Shown here one piece after another: positions 43,363-64,000 of a stretch of 64,000 nucleotides of DNA (position 1 is its first letter; the number at the start of each line of letters is the position of its first letter). Under the pieces are notes generated by a model. That model was not told the origin of the DNA and did not search any database. It worked only from the letters and a program-made list of their open reading frames with translations. The position numbers and the translations under genes were made by a program. The DNA comes from the human T2T-CHM13v2.0 reference genome, Homo sapiens, in assembly GCF_009914755.1 (NCBI RefSeq), contig NC_060932.1; one strand, given 5' to 3'.

Positions 43363-44545
43363 CTATTCCATAAATACTTACTGAGTCCAGCATTTAGGAT
43401 CCCAGGATATGGTGGTAAAAAAAAGACACACACACACAAGAAGTGAGAGGAGCTAGACAATGTGAGGCAGGCAAGTAAAGTGCTGTGGGGAGAAGGGTGA
43501 TAAGGGCCATGGAGAGAAACGAGCCAGGCAGGGGGAAAGAGTGGGAGAAGTTGCAATAGGGTAATTAGGAGAACCCACGTGAGAAAAGTGATATTGAGGC
43601 AAAGACCTGCAAGAGGTGAGCAACCTAGCCATGCCATACTGGGAAAGCATGTTCCAGAAAGAGAGCCCCCACGCTGCTGCTGCCGCTGCCACCGGACCTC
43701 CCCTCCCACTAGGGCTGAGGGAGACAGGGGTGCCGCTCTGGGCAATTCCCAAAGGGGCTGCTCGGTTGATAATTTACTCACTCCCAAGACCTCCAATTCT
43801 TCCTGAGGATGCCCCTCGCCTTGGTGGTCTTGGTGGTCGTGGTGGTCTTGGTCAGGCACCAGCTGTTTATTCCCGTCTCAGACCCTGCCCACCCTGCCAG
43901 CTCTGCCCCCATCTGCCCCTTGGCTTCCTCATCCCTCTGCCCTTGAGCCACGAAGAATGTTGTGCCTTCCTTGAAGCTCTGAGGCTCTCACCTGCCTGTG
44001 GCCTTGGCAGGTGCCATTCTCCTAGCCCGGACTCTTCCTGGCTTTCTCAACTCCGTCCCTTTCCCCCTCAATTCCTCCTTCTCTGCCAGGTCTCAGCTTA
44101 GTCACCCTCTCCTCCCCCAGGTCTTTGCTGACTCCCCAGTGCCCACCCTGCTGTCTGCCCTGGACGCTTTATCCACTGCAGCCTCTACCCCCCCCATCAT
44201 AGCATTTAACACAGGGTTCCACTAGACCCCATGTTACTGAAGGGCGGGGACTGGCACTGTGCCGCCCTATGGGAAGCGTGCCACGAATATTTGCTAAAGG
44301 AACAAGTAAAAGTGGGGATATGTCTCCTCCTCCCAACCACTCCCCATCGCAAGCTTACTCCCCCACCCCCACCGACCCCACTCCCCCGGAACCCAGGAGA
44401 AGCTTATCCCTTCAGGGTTGTGCACTCTGGGCAGCATTTCCTCTTCTTTCCAGAAGCTTCCTGATAATATAAGTGAAGGAAGAAGCACAATCTTCCTCCC
44501 TGGAGGAGTGAGGGTGGGAGGGGGCTTTTTTTCTGGGGGCGCTAA

Positions 44546-44937
<392 letters not shown>

Positions 44938-45235
44938 TGAAAGAAATCACTAAGTTCTAGAATTACCTTGTCTTTCATTAGTATCAAAGAGGTCCTGAGT
45001 ACTGGAAATGGAAGCAAAAGCCCAGAAAAAAACTAGAGAGTGAGAAAAGAAACTCTAGATGTTGATATTTTTGCATTGACATCATTTTCACTCTGCTCTT
45101 CCGAGGGTGAGCCAATAATGGACTTATTGCCTCCCAAGGGGCTCCTGGAGGTGCGTTCCTGCTGTTCAAAACAGGGACACCAGAGGCCTGATCCCATGGA
45201 ACAGTGAAGAACAAAGGAAGGGCTTGAACTAATCT

Positions 45236-45553
45236 CTGTCCTCGTAGTGGATGTGTGGGAACCTGCACCCCAATGCACACTCCCTCCAGGATGAAGGAAC
45301 TTATTTTTCCAGTGACCAGGAGCGTGGGCTGCCAGCCAGTCCCTCTCCTTTCCCTGGGGCAGCCAGCACCTAATGACTGGTTGATAGGGGGTTACAAAGG
45401 GACCAGCACTTCAGGCTGAGGTCCCTGTTGCATCCACGTTGCCCAATTGGCTTCCTGCACACCCCGTGACCTTGTTCCCAAGAGCACCTCCCACACACCC
45501 CTACATGCAAATCTTCATCTCAGGAACTGTTTCCAGAGAACCCGACACAAGAC
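45236..45553 (+). mobile_element. LTR16-like ERVL LTR fragment
   Basis: The 3' end catgcaaatcttcatctcaggaactgtttccagagaacccgacacaagaca resembles the LTR16 terminus. Confidence 0.65.
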
Positions 45554-46709
45554 AAACCAATATTTCAGAACTGTTAATACAAAAACTAGCCAGGCATGGT
45601 GGCACATTCCTGTAATCCCAGCTACTCAGGAGGTTGAGGAAGGAGAATCGGTTGAACCCAGGAGGGGGAGGTTGCAGTGAGCCCAGATCGCACCACTGCA
45701 CTCCAGACTAGGTGACAGAGTCTCACTCTGTCTCAAAAAAAACAAAACAAACAAACAAACAAAAAACAACAAAAAAAACCAAAAACAAAACAAAACAAAA
45801 AAACAACTGCTATGTACACTGTATGTCAGCTCCATCATGGGTCCCACTGAGAGGTGTGGGCTAGCCCCAGAACCTGTACCTGTCATTGTGCACCTAGGGG
45901 AATGCATTGAGAGGTCAAATGACTGATTTCCAGTGACCTTTGAGGACAGAGAGATTCGAGGCCATAGCTAGCCCCCAGAGAGCGGTGGGACCTCAGGATT
46001 CCCAGGCTGGAAAAGTTCTTTTTTGGCATTTTAATCCAGGGCTTGGCAGCCTTCACAATTCGGAAGTTCTTCCTCACTTCAAAACCGGAATCCCTCCTTC
46101 TGTAATGTGTCCCTGTTTCCTCTCGCTTTTCCTCCATGGAGCTGTGTTCTTGCCAAGAAAGAAAGTTAAAAGGGAACAAAGGCATATGGTTTTTCCATTA
46201 AGACAGACACCCACATTTTAGGGAAGCCAGAGGAAAGCGTTCAAATAAGGGCAACGGAAATACATTTGCATGACACCAGCCTTTGAAACTGAGTTTTAAA
46301 AAGGTAACCACAACAATGAGTGCCCCTCTTTGCCCAGGTTATTACATTTGGGGGATAGTAAGAATGTATTGGAGACCCCCTACTCAGAGGCAGGTTACTG
46401 CAGGAGAGCCCTGGGTTTGGAGTCTGACAGCAAGCATTCAAAACTTGTTTCTGCCACTCACTAGCAGCGTGATCATAAGGAAAGGTGTTTGTCCTTCAGA
46501 GCCTCAGTTTCCCTTATTGTACAATAGGGGACATCAGCTACACCATGTTCATCTGTGTCACCGGTTTGTTGAGAGAGTTAAATTTAAGGGAAGAAAAAGT
46601 AGAGCAAACCATGAAGCACTGTAGAAGTGTTAATAATCAAGATTGAAATCCAGAACAACTGCCTGAGCAACTACTAGGTACAATGTCCTGTCATATATAT
46701 ATATTTTTG

Positions 46710-48720
<2,011 letters not shown>

Positions 48721-49164
48721 GCAGCTGTAGCGGCCAAGGCTGAAGCCCTCTGAAGTGTGCACTAGGCTGGAGGCTTGGGAGCCTCTGGGCAGGGATGTTG
48801 CTGCTGGGCTGACTCTAACCTAGAGCTGGCCAATCCCATTCACCTGGTCCCTCTAAGGCTGCCTGAGGCCCTGGCAGCAGGTAGGGAGTCTGAAGCCTGG
48901 GTTTTGAGCACTGACCTTGCCACTGCTTGCCGTAAGACTTGCAGCCGAACAGAAATACGAGGCCGCCTTCAATATCACTTACTCTGGAATTCCCCTTCAC
49001 CTCCTATGCTCCCATCAGAACCTTCCCATGCTGGGCTGTTTCTGCTCCATGAGGACAGTGACCTGCTCGTTCACTTGGCACACAATAGGTGTTCAATAAG
49101 TGTTTACCTACTGATTGAAGCACCTACTATGTGTTAGGCATTTGGCATATAACAGCTCATTTAA

Positions 49165-49933
<769 letters not shown>

Positions 49934-50580
49934 TGAAGACCCTGAGCCTATTGCCACATTGGGTTCTCTGAGCCTGTAATGTGAGGACAACCTTCCCTTT
50001 CCCTCTCAGGGCCCCATAGAGCAGAGCCGAGAGAGTGCCGGCAAGCTCTCACTTTGCCCCCAGCGCTGCTCCTGTGATCCTGGAGATGAAAGCTTGTGGC
50101 CCCAAATGGGGTGAGCTCACCTCGTGGGGTGGGGTGCAGGGTTGGTGGTTGGCTGGTGGCCTCACGTTTCCCCAGTTGGTTCATGCTTGGGATGTGCCAC
50201 CTGTGAGCCCGGTTGGGTCTCTTGTAGGTTCCCACGGAGATCAGCCTCTTCTGGTAGGTATTGGATGCTGCCTTTCCTCACTGACCGGGCGACGACTCCA
50301 CTTACCCCTCCAGAGGCCTTAGTTGTCAACCCGACAGAATTACTCAGGGGAAGTCAGAGCTCATAATTATTTGACTAATCCTCATGTGGCAACACATCGG
50401 AGGTTGTTTTTTTAGCACGAGGCAGGGCCCGAGTGAGAGTGTTTCCCACTGCAGGCTTGCCTGTCTGGGTCTGCAGGCTAGGAACAGGGCGCCTCCTTCC
50501 TGGGAGCAGGGAGATGTGGAAATGTGGGTGGGAAGCTGCAGGGCTGGGTCTCCGAGACCCTGGAAACCTGCATCTCTCCA

Positions 50581-51001
50581 TACATCAGCTTCCTAGGGCT
50601 GCTATTCAATGACTTGATGGTTTAAAACGAGGAATATATTCTCTCACAGTTCTGGAGGCCAGATGTCCGCGATCAGGTGCCAGCATGGTCTTACCCTCTG
50701 TAAAGGGCTCTAGAAGTAATTCCTCCTGGCTCTTCCAGCTTCTAGTGGCTCCAGGTGCTCCTTGGTTTGCGGCTGCTTCACTCCAGTCTCTACCTCCATC
50801 TTCACGTGGACTTCTCCTCTGTGCCTCTCATAAGGACACTCATCATTGGATTTAGGAGCTATCGGGATAGTCCAGGATGATCTCATCTAGAGATCCATAA
50901 CTTAATCACATCCACAAAGATCCTTTGTCCATATAAGGTCACAGCCACAGGTTATCAGTAAACAAATCTTTCTTTCTGGGGGTGCCATTCAACCCACTAC
51001 A
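50581..51001 (-). mobile_element. MLT1B/C-type MaLR LTR
   Basis: tcctagggctgct...tctcacagttctggaggcc...ccattcaacccactaca. Confidence 0.82.
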
Positions 51002-51080
51002 CCCTGGAAGGTGCCCTGCCCAAGCCAATTAATGGCCCAGACATTTTCCTCCTTGCTAGGTGCTTCTCTCATTGTCCTAT

Positions 51081-53943
<2,863 letters not shown>

Positions 53944-54095
53944 TCATACCTGTAATCCCAGCACTTGGAAGGCCAAGGCAGGAGGATTGCTTAAGCCCAG
54001 GTGTTCGAGACCAGCCTGGGTAACATAGTAAACACTGTCTCTACAAAAGTTTTTAAAACAAATTATAAAAGGTAGCTTCAAAAAGTCACCCTGGA

Positions 54096-54866
<771 letters not shown>

Positions 54867-55703
54867 AAAAAGCCACCCTGGAATCACAGGGCCAGTCATG
54901 CCAATCTCCCTGCCTGCTCCCCAGGGCCTCTGGAACAAAGTCTGTACATCTTATTCTGGTACTCAAGCCCCTCCAAGTGTGGCCTTTTCTGCCCACCTCC
55001 CCTTTCCCTCCTGCTCCCCTCCCCTTCACCAAACTACCCAGCATTCTGGAACCCAAGCAGCCTCTTTTGCCTGCAACACCGTTCCCCGTCTCTTTGCCTG
55101 GCATCCAGCATGCAGTTCAGCTGCCACCTTCTGCAGGAAGCTTTCCCTGATCTCAACTGGGTTTATGAGGTAGCCCTGCCCTGTGCCCCCAGAATCCCCT
55201 GCTTCTGTCTTTCCACACTCTGCAAGTGCCTGTCAAAGCATCTTTCCCCACAAACACCCAGGAGCCTGACTGTGTCTAGTTGGCCTCTGTACCCCAGCAT
55301 CTGGCTTGTGGACAGCAGCATTCAATAACCGGCTGGATGGAGCCAAACCCCTCTCCTCTACCTGGAAATCTAACTTTATGTAAGGCCCTAAGGCCCGTGT
55401 GGCAGGAAACAGGCTCTCACCACAGCCAGAGGTACACCGGGCCTCAGCGTGGAGGCCTGACCTGGAAGACAGTGATTTTCAGGGTGCTGGAACCTTCTCC
55501 TATTTTTGGCAGCGAGTCACTCACTCCACTGAAATGGCTTTGGGCGCATGTAGAAAATTTGACAGGTATGCAGGCTCCAGGCTCCTCCAGTCCTCCATGT
55601 CCCCCTCCACCTTGCATCTCACCTGACACAGGCCTGGCTCTGAGGGCGGGGTTGGACCTCACAGGCCCCAGTGGGCAATCCGGATAAAAAGAATTGCTTA
55701 TTG

Positions 55704-56609
<906 letters not shown>

Positions 56610-56946
56610 CTACCTGAATGCAGACATTGGTCTGCAGGAGGTGGTAGTGGGAAGACTGAGATCCGGGCCAGTGAGGAGTGAGGAGCAGCATCTAGGCGGG
56701 GGGCGGCAGTGGGGTGGGGAGCGCAGTTACTGAACACCTGTTTGGGGCCAGGCACAATGCTGGTGCTCTGGGGCCGCTGTCTCCTTCCCGCCCCTAGAGC
56801 ACAGCCTTTATCTAAGCCCGGATAGAGGCTGGGCTCCAGGGGATGGAAGGAGACAGTGGCCCTGGAGCACCAGCCTTTAGATAAAGCCTTTGCATAAAGC
56901 TCAGACCTCTCTCTCACCTTACAGAAGAGCCAAGTGAGGCTCCTCA

Positions 56947-57488
<542 letters not shown>

Positions 57489-57546
57489 GCAGACGGGTGG
57501 GGGGTGAGACCATCTGCTGCTGTAAGCCTGGAGGCAGTGCTTCCTG

Positions 57547-57702
57547 TCTCTCTCTCTCCCTCTTTCCTTCCTTCCTTTTTTCCTTCCTCCCTCCCTCCTT
57601 CCCTTCCTCCCTCCCTCCCTCCCTTCCTTCCTGCCTGTCTCCCTGCCTACCTTCCAGTCTTCCTGCCTTCCTCCCTCCCTCCCTTCCTTCCTTCCTTCCT
57701 TC
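57547..57702. repeat. (CCTT)/(CCCT)-rich polypyrimidine low-complexity tract
   Basis: Seen directly in the sequence. Confidence 0.95.
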
Positions 57703-57709
57703 TTATCAA

Positions 57710-58210
57710 CAAAGGATGATGGAGGATGCACTGGTAAATGAAACAGACATGGCCGCTAGTCTGACGGCACTTGTATCGTGTGTGGGGAGTGTCAGGCACT
57801 AAGCAAATAATTGCACAAAGAATTTTCTTATGACGGTCAGTGATGCAAAGGCGATCACTGGGAGCAGGAGTAACAGAGTGGTCCAGGTAGTTTAGTGTAG
57901 GGGCTCAGGGAAGCGGGACTGTAGCTGAAACCTGAAGGGGAAGTAGGAGTTGGTGGGGAGAAGCAGAGGGGTGGGTGGTGAGGAAGAGGCCCCTGGAAGA
58001 GGACTCTGCGTGTGCAAAGGTCCTGTGGCAGAAAGTGCCCAGCACTATTACATAGAGAAGAAGGCATGGCTGGAGCATGATGGTGAGATGAGGTTAGAGT
58101 AAGCAAGGTCAGGCACAGCAGCCTAGAGGGGTTTGGGTTTGATTTTATTTGATGAGGACGTGGCATGTTTTGGGAAGTCAGCTCTGGGAAGTCACACTGG
58201 GCTGCTCCAC
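57710..58210 (-). mobile_element. L2 fragment
   Basis: gtaaatgaaacagacatggcc, agctgaaacctgaagg, gtgtgcaaaggtcctgtggcag, tggctggagca motifs. Confidence 0.72.
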
Positions 58211-59417
58211 TAAGCCATCCCATTTCCTTCCCTGGGGTCCAGCCAGGCGAGTGCCCTCGATGGCTCTGTGCACACAGAGGGTGCCCTGACTTAGAGACAC
58301 ATTTGCGTGTCCCCCGTGTCTGAGACACGGGCGGTGTTCCGAATCCACTTGCTGAGCATCCCCGGGTGCTGGGCAGAGGCCCTCGGGCTCTCTCCCTCTC
58401 TGTCTGCCTCAGACAAGGTGGAGCTCTGCCCTCCTGGGTCCGGAAAGACACCTCATATTCCCCAACCCACGTCTGTGCCTCTACCCGGGAACTGCCCCCT
58501 TCAACAGCCTTTCTGTTCCGCAGTTACTCACACGGATTCCTGTGCTGGGTGAACGACAATGGGCCACAACCCACCTAGTGCTTCCCGGGAGGAGCTGGCA
58601 GAGGGGCTCTGAGTCACCTGCAGGTCAGTTCACAGGAGGCTCAGCTCTTCCTACTCTGCTCAGGCCCCTCCTGGGAAGTGCACTCAGACCCCACGCCACT
58701 TCCTGGCTCTCTTCGGGGCAGAGGGGCCAGAGCACATGGGGACTAACGGGGTTTAAAGCTCTGGCTCTGCAGTCAGACGGATACAGGATACTGATGGCTA
58801 CGGGCAGGTCCCGACTCTGTGCTTCCAGCGGCTGCGTGGCCTTGGCCTTGTTACTCACAGCGCTGAGACTCCTGAGGACAGAGGGAGCGAGGAGTCCGCT
58901 TTAAAGGGCTTTGTGAGATCTGAGTGTCTGCCAAGGGCCTGCCACAAGGAGGGAGCTCAGAACATGCAGACGGGACAATGATGACAATGATGCTGATGAT
59001 GAAGGTGTTTGGAGCAGGGCTCTGCAGAAGTGGGAGGTGACCAGATGGCCCAGGAGCCTCTGGGAATGTTCTCAATGCCTGCCTCCAAGTCTGGCTACTG
59101 CCCCAGTTCAGGGGACTGTTCTGTAGTGAGTGACTTAGGCCTGCTGGACACGGGCCTTGGCAGGGATGGATCCCACCTAAGGAATATGAAAGAGCCAGGG
59201 AAATGGACTCCCTGGGCTGGTCAGAAGGTGGGGGAACTGCTGCTTCTAGCTGCCAAAGATAAGGTTCAGGGGCACCCCCTCTGCTACCTACTCAGACTGT
59301 CCACAATTTCCTCCAATTCCTGATGAAGCATCCACTAACCGCTGGTATTTGGGGGACATCCTCCCTGAGGAGGTCCATTTTTGAGCAGTTCCACTAAAAA
59401 CAATGATCAAAAACTTA

Positions 59418-61842
<2,425 letters not shown>

Positions 61843-62097
61843 TCAAGCCTGACACATAGGTGTCCACTGGATTACTGAGCCCTGGATCCATGGCAGCTGC
61901 ACTTGGTCTGACCCCGAGCAACTTGTCCTACAGACTGGAGCTTGAGTTCATGCCTGACTATTTCATGTTTGATCATCACAACTCTTTAATTATTTTTTGT
62001 ATGTTCTTTTAATATTTTATTATAAAATAGCTTAAGTATATATAGGTATATATGTTTGCACACACTCATATATACACATACATATATAAAAACTCTC

Positions 62098-62721
<624 letters not shown>

Positions 62722-62751
62722 TAATCTCTCTACTTTCAAAAAAGAAATATA

Positions 62752-62791
62752 GGCCAGGCGCGGTGGCTCACGCCTGTATTTTTTATATCTC
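62752..62791 (+). mobile_element. Collapsed Alu stub between intact TSDs
   Basis: 27 nt of Alu 5' end + filler + atctc, flanked by aaaaaagaaatata at 62738-62751 and 62792-62805. Confidence 0.85.
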
Positions 62792-62829
62792 AAAAAAGAA
62801 ATATAGAGAGCAGTGGAGGGAGAGAGATA

Positions 62830-63900
62830 GTTTCCTATAGCTGCTGCAACCAGCTACCACAAACTTAGTGGCTTAAAACAACATCAATCGATTATCTTAC
62901 AGTTCTGATGTTGTGGACTCCAGAAGTCCAAAATGGGTCTTACTGGGGTAAAATCAATGTGTTGGCAAGATTGCATTGCATCTGGAGGTTTCAGGGGAGA
63001 AGCCATTCCTTGCCTTTTCCAGCCTTTCTTGGCTCACGGAATGCTTCCATGCTCACTCTGACCTGTGCTTCTGCACTCACGTCTCCAACAGCCAGAGCCC
63101 AGCACCAGATATGTGAGTGAGGCTGTCTTGGACAAGACAGCCTCCACTGAGCCATCGACTGATTGCTGTTGCATGGGTGAACCTGGTTAAGAGTAAAAGA
63201 ACTGCCAGCCGATCCCACCCCAGAATGCTGACTCTCACTTGTGAGCTAATAAAGACTGTTGTTTTAAAACCTCTAAATTGGCCAGGCGCGGTGGCTCACG
63301 CCTGTAATCCCAGCACTTTGGGAGGCCGAGATGGGCGGATCACGAGGTCAGGAGATCGAGACCATCCTAGCTAACACGGTGAAACCCCGTCTCTACTAAA
63401 AAGTACAAAAAATTAGCCGGGCGTGGTGGCGGGCGCCTGTAGTCCCAGCTACTCGGGAGGCTGAGGCAGGAGAATGGCGTGAACCTGGGAGGCTGGAGCT
63501 TGCAGTGAGCCGAGATCGCACCACTGCACTCCAGCCTGGGCGACGGAGTGAGACTCCATCTTAAAAAACAAAAAAGCCTCTAAATTTGGCCATGGTCGTT
63601 TGTGCAACAATAGATAATGGACATAGGAACAGACACCAACAGCACCACCATTTTGTGCTCTTCTCTCCTTTTTTGCCTCGAGAGTGGATGTAATATGTGG
63701 AGCTGCAGCAGCCATCTTGCAACCTTGAGGGAAAGACCAACAGAATCATAGTATGATTGGCTTCGACGTCACTGTGCTGCCAAAAATGCAAGAACAGTTC
63801 TTCTGTTCTGAATTTCTTTCAATGTGAGAAAATAAACCCCTATTTATTATAATACTATAATTTCAGTTACTCGCAAACTAAAGAATTTCTAATGAATACA
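62830..63900. mobile_element. MLT1-type LTR fragments with a nested AluY (63280-63575, +)
   Basis: MLT1 motifs taccacaaacttagtggcttaaaacaac...tcttacagttct and gcagccatcttgcaacc...gtgagaaaataaacccc; Alu TSD aaa(a/g)cctctaaatt. Confidence 0.75.
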
Positions 63901-64000
63901 TGGCAAGTTGCCAGGCCTCTGAGGCAGCTGGGAAAGGATCTTCAGTGGCCAGGAATTAAGAAGACAGAAATGATGTTTGATGAGGGAAATTTGTGACCTG

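Noticed and set aside
55120-55137. CTCF-like motif on the minus strand (gcagaaggtggcag)
   Set aside because: It mismatches at a core position and lies within a common L2 motif; not supportable without ChIP data.
57855-58451. Longest ORF (198 aa, minus strand)
   Set aside because: Overlaps L2-derived sequence, has low-complexity composition and shows no recognisable domain or splice context.

Overview
Primate (almost certainly human) genomic DNA, very Alu-rich. The only protein-coding content I can support is the 3' end of NSMCE2 (NSE2/MMS21, the SP-RING SUMO E3 ligase of the SMC5/6 complex) on the + strand: three coding exons at 10703-10803, 11196-11302 and 20252-20369 (stop TAG 20367-20369), a short 3'UTR and AATAAA at 20583-20588. 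Bases 1-10702 are intron. Bases ~20.6k-64k are intergenic; from memory of human 8q24.13 this runs toward TRIB1, whose exons are not in the window. The rest is interspersed repeat: dozens of Alus, MIR/L2, L1 fragments, THE1/MLT1/MER61/LTR16 LTR elements, Charlie/Tigger/MER58 DNA transposons and microsatellites. Nearly all ORFs in the supplied track are repeat-derived or chance. I see no evidence of a new multi-gene system. The most unusual signals are: (1) a non-Alu 42-bp inverted repeat whose arms lie 2.8 kb apart in the last NSMCE2 intron; (2) several splice routes to an NMD-escaping NSE2 with a broken or missing RING, including a strong cryptic acceptor 90 nt upstream of the last exon; (3) a 49-bp locally templated insertion inside an Alu; (4) an Alu collapsed to a 40-bp stub between intact TSDs, 30 bp from an inverted AluY; (5) a THE1 provirus that has lost its 3' poly(A) signal and points antisense at the NSMCE2 3' end. 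Repeat subfamily names come from recalled consensus sequences and need RepeatMasker/Dfam confirmation. Repeat boundaries are approximate unless a TSD is quoted.
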